The notes under the pieces were generated by a model. The model was given only the letters and a program-made list of their open reading frames with translations, had not been told where the DNA came from and searched no databases. Positions 28,385 to 34,825 of a DNA stretch of 34,825 nucleotides are shown piece by piece. Made by a program: the position numbers and the translations under genes. Positions within the stretch are counted from its first letter, which is position 1; each line of letters starts with the position of its first letter. Source of the stretch: an uncultured Gammaproteobacteria bacterium (GTDB lineage Bacteria; Patescibacteriota; Patescibacteriia; Patescibacteriales; UBA12465). The DNA is taken from contig CAZNDY010000003.1 of assembly GCA_964572055.1 (NCBI GenBank), forward strand, positions 3,928 to 38,752, written 5' to 3'.

Positions 28385-28476
28385 TTTAAACCCCGACCGA
28401 GCTACGTTATTTTGATCTATGAAATATATCCAAAAACCCTTGTAAAACCTCAGTTTGCTAGTTTCTAGATCTGAGT

Positions 28477-28560
28477 AGGGAGCGAATAAAAAAAGACATC
28501 GAAAGATGTCTTTTTTGAATGAGCGAAGGGGAAGCGAAGTGCCTGCGCACTTCGCGACGT
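28477..28560 (+). repeat. GC-rich double-hairpin element abutting attR
   Basis: AAAAAAGACATC-GAAA-GATGTCTTTTTT (28489-28516) and GCGAAGTGC-CTGC-GCACTTCGC (28534-28555); GAGCGAA occurs twice. Confidence 0.6.
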
Positions 28561-28564
28561 GTAA

Positions 28565-28586
28565 TCAAATCCTATTCCTCGAGCCA
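28565..28586 (+). repeat. putative attR: degenerate tRNA-Gln 3' end with CCA
   Basis: TCAAATCCTATTCCTCGAGC-CA versus tRNA TCGAATCCTAGTCCCCGAGC (17/20). Confidence 0.65.
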
Positions 28587-28590
28587 CGCT

Positions 28591-28620
28591 CAAAAACACT
28601 TGTATTAATAAGTGTTTTTG
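28591..28620 (+). terminator. terminator-like hairpin after attR
   Basis: CAAAAACACTT-GTATTAAT-AAGTGTTTTTG. Confidence 0.7.
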
Positions 28621-28651
28621 TATTTTGATGAGTAATAGAAAATAATCGTAC

Positions 28652-28703
28652 TTGACAATAATGTTAGAATGATATAACATATAAATAGTTAGAAATAATT
28701 AAC
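28652..28703 (+). promoter_or_regulatory. promoter with two palindromic operators
   Basis: TTGACA-N17-TAACAT; GTTA-N8-TAAC at 28663-28678 and 28688-28703. Confidence 0.6.
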
Positions 28704-28711
28704 AAAAAAAT

Positions 28712-29098
28712 ATGACAAATAAACAGTATCATTATTGTCGTTTGGTAATTGTTATTATATTGAGTGCGTCTATTAGTATTTCGATTACAATGAATAATTA
28801 TTATCTTCCAATTGTATTTACGTTAAGCGCGATGGCTGGTATGTATTATTGTCGAAAACAACTTAAGACTAAAGCAGTGCTAGCAGATGAAAGAGACTAT
28901 CAAGTTGCTGGAAATGCTGCTCGCTATTCAATCTTTATTTATGGTTGGATAGGTGCTATTGGAACATTTGTTTTAATGGCAATCTCAGAAAAACAAGGTG
29001 TGCTATATGCAATAAGTCAGTATTTAGCCTTTAGTGTTTGCTTTCTTATGCTTCTCAATGCTATTTTGTTTAAATATTTAAGCAAAAGAGAGAAATAA
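28712..29098 (+). CDS. DUF2178-family membrane protein
   Basis: 4 TM helices with a central DER...GNAAR motif; paired with an Xre regulator. Confidence 0.75.
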   Translation: MTNKQYHYCRLVIVIILSASISISITMNNYYLPIVFTLSAMAGMYYCRKQLKTKAVLADERDYQVAGNAARYSIFIYGWIGAIGTFVLMAISEKQGVLYAISQYLAFSVCFLMLLNAILFKYLSKREK

Positions 29099-29099
29099 A

Positions 29100-29288
29100 A
29101 TGAAAAACGATATAAAGAAAAAAAGAAATAACCTTGGTTTGACACAGCAAGAATTAGCTGACAAAGTTAGTGTTCGCAGAGAAACAATTATTTTTTTAGA
29201 AAAGGAAAAATATGTTCCATCTTTAAAATTGGCAATGGATATTGCCAAGGTTTTTAAAATGAAGGTGGATGATCTTTTTTATGATTAA
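29100..29288 (+). CDS. Xre-family HTH transcriptional regulator
   Basis: [32 protein letters not shown]. Confidence 0.92.
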   Translation: MKNDIKKKRNNLGLTQQELADKVSVRRETIIFLEKEKYVPSLKLAMDIAKVFKMKVDDLFYD

Positions 29289-29296
29289 CAGTTTTA

Positions 29297-29354
29297 GTTC
29301 GAATATCAACGATGTCGAGCAAATTTTAAAACACCTGTATTTACAGGTGTTTTT
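29297..29354 (+). repeat. second tRNA-3'-end relic plus terminator
   Basis: GTTCGAAT-N11-CGAGCA, then AAAACACCTGTA-TT-TACAGGTGTTTT, a hairpin related to 28591-28620. Confidence 0.45.
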
Positions 29355-29444
29355 ATGTATACTTTGGCCCTGATCCTTGTTGGGTAATAAATTTAATTAT
29401 GTTATAATTTTAATTAATCAATATACAGACTAATTTGTTAGTTT

Positions 29445-30643
29445 ATGAATCAAATAAATAAATTTTATCTAGCTTCTTTTTTGAAAAATCAAATTTATTT
29501 TGTTCCGATTATGATTTTGTTTTTTCAGGATATTGGCTTGAATTATGCTAATATATTCTGGATTTTTACTATTGCCTCTGTTTTCTCATTTATTATCGAA
29601 ATTCCAACGGGTGTGTTTGCGGATAAGTATGGAAATAGAAAAAGTATTATATTGTCTAAATTTTTAATATTCGCAAGTTTTATAATTTTTGGTTTTGCCA
29701 ATAGCTTTATTGTTTTGCTTGTTGCTAATTTAATATACGAGCTTGGTAAAAGTTTTCGTTCGGGCACAGAAACAGCTTTTATTTTTAATTATTTATCTCA
29801 AGATAAAAATCATCCCAGTTATACTAAAATAAAAATTAATCAAAAGTTTTATGCGCGTATTTCAGAGAGTGCATCCGCTTTAATTGGTGGCTTTATTGCT
29901 TATCGCCTGGGATTTAATATTGTTTTTTTATTGCTGCTATTCCAGCTTTAATAAACTTTATTCAGACTTTAAGTTGGGAAAAAATTAAGACTGACGAAGA
30001 AAATAAAGAAAATGAAATTAGCCTAAGGGAAAATTGGGAGTTTATAAAAATTGCTTTTTCAGAAATAAAAAACAATAAAACAGTACTTAATATAATTTTA
30101 AATATTGCCTTTTTCTCTGCTTCTTTTTCTGCTTTGGAAAAATTTGTTCAACCTTATATGAAAAATTCTGGTATTGAACTTCAATACTTCGGTATTTTTT
30201 ATTCAGTTTTTTTAATAATCATTGCTTTGATAGTTAAAGCAATTTCTCGCCTGGAGGATAAATGGAGCGCAAAAAAAATTATGAATTATTCTGGTTTTAT
30301 TGCTTTTCTAGCTCTTATCCCTCTTGGCTTGGGTGGAAATTCGGTTCTGATGGTTGGTTTGTTTTTTATAGTCCTTTTGCTTGAAAATTTTAGATCACCA
30401 GTTGCCAATAATTTATTTCATGAACAAGTGCCAAATCAAAAAAGAGCAACTATGGGTTCAATTTTGGAGTTATTTAAATCTTTGAATAAGTTATGGATAT
30501 TGCCATTTATTGGTTATGTTGCTGATATTTATTCAATGAAAACGGCTATTTTAATTATTTCTATTTTAATTTTAATTAGTGCTTTTGTTTTTTTAATTCC
30601 AGACAAAAAGAAGAGAGGTGAAAAAATTTTGGAAACCAACTAG
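29445..30643 (+). pseudogene. MFS transporter with a frameshift in a T homopolymer
   Basis: EIPTGVFADKYGNRKS and FRSGT..A motifs. Adding one T to the T7 run at 29923-29929 reads VFFIAAIPALINF... continuously into ORF 30134..30643. Confidence 0.85.
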
Positions 30644-30777
30644 ATGTTTTAAAATGTTTGTAATCTTTTATATATATTTTTTTGTAAAAAAATATATGTT
30701 ATATTTTTAAAGTGTAATTTTTTATCGTAAAAATAAGATATTTTATAGCTCAAAATAATAAAACTTAATTTAAAAAA

Positions 30778-31356
30778 ATGACTAATATAAAATCAGCTCA
30801 ATTCGTAAAGGGGATTGTTGGATTAGATCCAATATTGAATGATAGTAAACCGCAAATTGCTCTTATTGGTAGGTCTAATGTTGGCAAATCAAGTATTATC
30901 AATTCTTTGACTAATCAAAAAAACTTAGCTAAAACAAGTGCTTTGCCAGGTAGAACCAGAGAAATAAATTTATTTTTGATTAATAATTCTTTTTACTTGG
31001 TTGACCTGCCAGGTTATGGTTATGCTAAACTTCCCAAAGAAATGAGATTTAAGGTAGAAAATTTAATTAATTGGTATTTATTCTTAACTACTTATGAACA
31101 AAAAAAAGTTTTTTTAATCATTGACGCTAAAGTTGGGCCGACAAAAGATGATTTAGAAATTTTTCAGGCTTTAAAAGAGCATGATAAAAAATTAGTAGTT
31201 ATTGTTAATAAGATTGATAAATTAAAAAGTTCGGAAAAGATGAAGCAACTTAATCAAATAAATAAAATATTTAGTGGCTATAAAATTCTTATTTGTTCAA
31301 CCAAGAATAGGACTGGAATACGGGAATTAATAGAAGAAATTTTATTGCCGTCTTAA
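30778..31356 (+). CDS. yihA: ribosome biogenesis GTPase YihA/YsxC (EngB)
   Basis: GRSNVGKSS, PGRT, DLPGYGYA, NKID. Confidence 0.96.
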   Translation: MTNIKSAQFVKGIVGLDPILNDSKPQIALIGRSNVGKSSIINSLTNQKNLAKTSALPGRTREINLFLINNSFYLVDLPGYGYAKLPKEMRFKVENLINWYLFLTTYEQKKVFLIIDAKVGPTKDDLEIFQALKEHDKKLVVIVNKIDKLKSSEKMKQLNQINKIFSGYKILICSTKNRTGIRELIEEILLPS

Positions 31357-31476
31357 GCATTGGTTTAATTGTTTTTATGTGCTATAATTTTTGAGCAAGA
31401 ATAATGCGTCTCAAAAAGTAGTCGATTTTTAAACTCTTTATTAAATTGCAAATTTAACAAGTTAAGTCTAAAATTT

Positions 31477-31674
31477 ATGACAGGTACTATTAAAGCCTTA
31501 AATGATAAGGGTTTTGGTTTTATTGTTGTTGAAGGTCAAGATAAAGATCTTTTCTTTCATAGTAACTCATTAGTTGATGTTCAATTCAATGAATTACAAC
31601 AAGGAGATACAGTTTCTTTTGAAACAGAAATGTCTCCAAAGGGTATGAATGCGGTTAATGTTAAGCGCGTTTAA
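31477..31674 (+). CDS. cspA: cold-shock domain protein
   Basis: KGFGFI (RNP1), DLFFH (RNP2), KG..A.NV; TGC-TATAAT about 90 nt upstream. Confidence 0.93.
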   Translation: MTGTIKALNDKGFGFIVVEGQDKDLFFHSNSLVDVQFNELQQGDTVSFETEMSPKGMNAVNVKRV

Positions 31675-31684
31675 TCAAGTTAGT

Positions 31685-31719
31685 TATCCCGCCTTAGAAA
31701 TTTGGCGGGATATCTTCTT
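31685..31719 (+). terminator. terminator-like hairpin after csp
   Basis: TATCCCGCC-N10-GGCGGGATA-TCTTCTT. Confidence 0.55.
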
Positions 31720-31763
31720 GGATTGTTTGTAAAGATTAATTAAATAATATTTATTATAATTTT

Positions 31764-32486
31764 ATGAGAGATTTTAATAGAGATAGGAATTCTAGAAATA
31801 GAAAAAGTGGTGGTTTTGGTGGCAGAGATTCTCACAGAAATACTAATTTTAGGGGAGGTAAGTCAGAGATGCATAAAGCTGTTTGCGCTGAATGTGGTGT
31901 TGTTTGCGAAGTTCCTTTTAAACCAAGAGGTGATAAGCCTGTTTATTGTAGTAATTGTTTCGCTGATAGAGAAAATTTGAATTCTAGAGGTTCTAGTGGT
32001 AGAGATTTTTTTAAATCAAAAGATTCTCACAATCGAGAGAGAGAAATGTTTAAGGTTGTTTGCGATGAGTGTGGAAAGGATTGTGAAGTTCCTTTTAAGC
32101 CATCACCTGACAAGCCAGTTTATTGTGATGAGTGTTTTGGCAAGGGTGGTAATTCTAGAAAATCTTTTGAAAATAATAATTCTTTAGACAAACAGTTTGA
32201 GCTTTTAAATTCAAAATTAGATAGACTTATAGATATTTTAACTCTTAAAAATAATGTTATTAAGTTATCTAACAATAATGATAAAAAAAGTGAAGTTAAA
32301 AAAACAGATGATAATGATAATAAAAAGAAAATAACCAAGAAAGATGTAAAAAAAATAATTTCTAAACCAAATAAAAAAGAAGTAAAAAAAGAGGTTAAGA
32401 AGGTCGAAACAAATAAAAAGACTGTTTCTCCCAAGAAAAAAACCGTTTCTTCTGAGAAAAAAAATGTTAAAAAAACTAAAAAGTAA
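31764..32486 (+). CDS. CxxC-x17-CxxC zinc-ribbon protein (two copies) with Lys-rich tail
   Basis: CAECG..CEVPFKP..DKPVYCSNCF and CDECG..CEVPFKP..DKPVYCDECF. Confidence 0.9.
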   Translation: MRDFNRDRNSRNRKSGGFGGRDSHRNTNFRGGKSEMHKAVCAECGVVCEVPFKPRGDKPVYCSNCFADRENLNSRGSSGRDFFKSKDSHNREREMFKVVCDECGKDCEVPFKPSPDKPVYCDECFGKGGNSRKSFENNNSLDKQFELLNSKLDRLIDILTLKNNVIKLSNNNDKKSEVKKTDDNDNKKKITKKDVKKIISKPNKKEVKKEVKKVETNKKTVSPKKKTVSSEKKNVKKTKK

Positions 32487-32582
32487 TAAATAATTTTTAG
32501 AAATAAAAAAACTGCTGAATAAAAGTAGTTTTTTATTTTGTTTATTTTATTTTTTTTGTTAAAATATTTATTATTAAATTTT

Positions 32583-34043
32583 ATGAATAGATTATCAAAA
32601 AACAATAAAAAAGCTTTTACTTTACTGGAAATAATTTTGGTTGTTGCTTTAATGACGATTTTGTCCATTATAGTTATATTGGCTATTAATCCAGTAAAAC
32701 ATCTTCGAGATACTAACAATGCTAAGAGAATGGTTGATATTAAAACTATCTCTAATGCCATTACTCAATATGTCATTGATAATGAAGGTGTTTTGCCAGA
32801 AGAGATAAGCACAGAGAAGAGAGAAATATGTAAAACAGACGCTGTTAATTGTCTTAATTTAGCAGATTTATCTTTTTTAACTAATAATAACAAGTATCTT
32901 AAGGCTATACCTACTGATTCTAAAGAGGAATCAATTAACGGTAGTGGTTACGAAATTTTTAGAACTTCTTATGATGGTTTTAGGGTTGTTTCTCCTTATA
33001 TAGAATATGAGGAGAGTTCTTATTTTGTAAATCAAGATTGGCTTCCAGGTTTTACTTATAGAAAAAAAATAACAATAGACAATTCTCTTATAGATACTAA
33101 TTTGAATAATTTTCCGATTTTAATAAAATTAAATAATTCTAATTTTGATTTTTCAAAGACTCAAGTTACTGGAAATGATATAAGGTTTGCCAGCATAGAT
33201 TCTCAAGTTGTATTTTCACACGAAAAGGAGTTATACGATCCTTTAAACAATGAAGCTGAATATTGGGTTAAGATTCCAAGCATATCTTCTGATGATGATA
33301 CTGAGTTTTTCATTTATTATAGCTCTGAAAGTTCACTTGACACCTCCGCTCCTTCTTCTGTTTGGAGTTCTAACTATAAATTAGTTTGGCACTTAAAGGA
33401 TCTTAATAATTCGATTGTTGCCGATAGTACTTCATATTTTAATCAGGGTAATAAAGCGAGTTTTAATAATCCATTAGAAGTGAGCTCACTAATAACTAAA
33501 GGACAATTTTTTTCTTCTAATAGTTACATAACATCCAATCCATCAGACTCGTTTAATCTTGGCCAGAGCCTAACTTTATCTAATTGGTTTAACTGTTCTC
33601 CTTTTTCTATGGGAACTATTAGTAGTGCTACTGGTGGAAGAATGATAAATTTTCATAGAGTAAGTCCAGGCACAACAATTGCAACAGTTGTTGGTAGTGA
33701 TGGTTTGGGATATTATAATAGTGGAGCCTTGACTTTTAAATCTGATGGAGTAAATCCTTGTGATAATAATTGGCATCTAGCCACTCTTACTTTAGACTCT
33801 AGTGGTAATTTAAGGTTATATAAAGATGGCTTTTTAGTTGTTTCGGGTTCTGGTGGATCAGTGAGTTATTCTAACTATCCACTACATATAGGGTCTTATG
33901 ATGGTTCTAGTAGATTTTTTAAAGGAACATTAGATGAAGTTAAAATATCCGATATTGCTAGATCTGACGCCTGGATAAAAGCTGAATATTATTCCGAAAT
34001 CAATAGTTTGATCAGTTATGGTGAAATTGAAATTAAACCATAA
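32583..34043 (+). CDS. type IV pilin-like protein with DUF2341 and LamG/concanavalin domains
   Basis: KKA|FTLLE prepilin cleavage motif; YRKKITID, GNDIRF, WVKIP (DUF2341); WHL, LYKDG, GTLDEVKIS..ARS..WI (LamG). ATG 32583. Confidence 0.88.
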   Translation: MNRLSKNNKKAFTLLEIILVVALMTILSIIVILAINPVKHLRDTNNAKRMVDIKTISNAITQYVIDNEGVLPEEISTEKREICKTDAVNCLNLADLSFLTNNNKYLKAIPTDSKEESINGSGYEIFRTSYDGFRVVSPYIEYEESSYFVNQDWLPGFTYRKKITIDNSLIDTNLNNFPILIKLNNSNFDFSKTQVTGNDIRFASIDSQVVFSHEKELYDPLNNEAEYWVKIPSISSDDDTEFFIYYSSESSLDTSAPSSVWSSNYKLVWHLKDLNNSIVADSTSYFNQGNKASFNNPLEVSSLITKGQFFSSNSYITSNPSDSFNLGQSLTLSNWFNCSPFSMGTISSATGGRMINFHRVSPGTTIATVVGSDGLGYYNSGALTFKSDGVNPCDNNWHLATLTLDSSGNLRLYKDGFLVVSGSGGSVSYSNYPLHIGSYDGSSRFFKGTLDEVKISDIARSDAWIKAEYYSEINSLISYGEIEIKP

Positions 34044-34074
34044 AAATAAAAAAAACCGCATAAGCAGGTTTAAT

Positions 34075-34624
34075 TTAGATTTTACCAGAGAAAAAATAAT
34101 ATAAACGTACAAATATTTCTCGAGCTATGAAGAAAAATTTATTCCTAGTCCATATTTGTTTTGATTTTTTATTATATGGACAAGTGCTGGTGTCAGCTAC
34201 ATAAATTTTTGCCCCTAGCTTCTCCATAACTTTTTTTATTCTCCACAGATGATCAGGGTGAGCAAAAAACTAGAATTTTTTTGAGATTTATTTCTTGACA
34301 ATAATTAAAGCATTGTCTGCAAACTTTAAAAGTGTCTAAATACTTAGATTCTTTTTGATGCTTACTAATAGTAAAATTTACTATAACATCTGACAAATAA
34401 TCTGCTATTTCTTTTTGAATAATTATTATCACTCTTTTTTGTAAGTAGTATTTTTCTAAAATAAGAGCTAAGACTTGATTACTTGAATTTGGATAGCTAT
34501 TATCTCCAAATGATGGGCAAAAATAAATATAAGCATCTTCAGGTTCGTCTTTTTTGTTTTTTTTAACTTTCCAAACAAAAAAACAATCCAAAAATATAGT
34601 TATTTTTTCTTTTAATTTTTTCAT
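34075..34624 (-). pseudogene. hypothetical (DUF218/YdcF-like) gene with a homopolymer frameshift
   Basis: A shift at the T6 run (plus-strand A6, 34264-34269) continues as AHPDHLWRIKKVMEKLG...PYNKKSKQIWTRNKFFFIAREIFVRLYYFFSGKI* to 34075. Confidence 0.7.
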
Positions 34625-34703
34625 TATTATTTAGTTTTTAAGGTTCTTTTTTGACTTATTATTGTATAGTATTTCTATAAGAAAATCAATAAAGAAATAT
34701 TCT

Positions 34704-34825
34704 TTAAAATATTCTCGCTAGATAAAAACCGCCCAAGAATAAGAAAATGATAGCAGCTAATAAATTAAAGGCATTTATAAATTTAGGAGATACAATTTTT
34801 ATTTTAAGAGTGAAAAAAGCTATTA
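34704..34825 (-). CDS. C-terminus of a membrane protein (possibly LysE-like), partial
   Basis: Open frame from the window end: IAFFTLKIKIVSPKFINAFNLLAAIIFLFLGGFYLARIF*. Confidence 0.55.
   Translation of the reverse strand, partial: IAFFTLKIKIVSPKFINAFNLLAAIIFLFLGGFYLARIF

Larger units (their letters stand above)
10480..28586. mobile_element. ~18 kb genomic island / integrative element at tRNA-Gln
   Basis: Bounded by the tRNA 3' end and a 17/20-identical direct repeat at 28565-28584. Contains a serine recombinase, terminase-like and methylase genes, and defence-like cargo. Confidence 0.75.

Noticed and set aside
28465-28680. 71-aa minus-strand ORF
   Set aside because: It overlaps attR, the hairpins and a promoter, and has no protein-like features.
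32120-32761. 213-aa minus-strand hydrophobic ORF
   Set aside because: It is antisense to the Lys-rich tail and the pilin N-terminus. The Phe/Leu richness simply mirrors AAA codons.
3490-34112. Other short ORFs nested in or antisense to long genes (e.g. 3490, 4847, 5974, 7582, 13276, 14589, 20832, 26994, 33576)
   Set aside because: They overlap well-supported genes and have no recognisable motifs.
34253-34255. TGA read-through (alternative genetic code 25/4)
   Set aside because: TGA serves as a normal stop elsewhere (ATGA overlaps), and the continuation lies in a different frame.

Overview
This is a very AT-rich bacterial chromosome segment. Gene content, the lack of Shine-Dalgarno sites and a pilin-DUF2341 gene suggest Patescibacteria/CPR, which is an inference. 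The left part (1-10.4 kb) is housekeeping: a partial HD-domain protein, murI, an orphan OmpR-type regulator, a flippase-GT4-GT2-O-antigen-ligase-TraX operon, greA, lysS and tRNA-Gln(CTG). An island of about 18 kb runs from the tRNA 3' end (10480) to a degenerate copy of that end carrying CCA and a terminator (28565-28620). A second, weaker tRNA-end relic with a related terminator lies at 29297-29354. The island's minus-strand core is ParB-DNA methylase, DNA methylase, TerS-like HTH, TerL-like ATPase without a nuclease domain, and a large serine recombinase; no portal, capsid or tail genes are recognisable. Cargo is defence-like: type II R-M, a split AlbA_2 pair, a UDG-superfamily (Brig1-like) glycosylase and an ApeA-like HEPN protein. 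Two promoter-anchored structured RNAs stand out. One is a long leader with a SAM-I-like GCAACC...AAGGTGCCAA core and a terminator in front of the methylase operon. The other is a ~155-nt self-complementary RNA (18012-18167) reminiscent of phage C4/CI antisense leaders. The right part holds DUF2178-Xre, a frameshifted MFS gene, yihA, a cold-shock gene, a CxxC-x17-CxxC protein, a pilin-DUF2341-LamG gene and a second frameshifted gene. All calls are by eye; no database searches were run.
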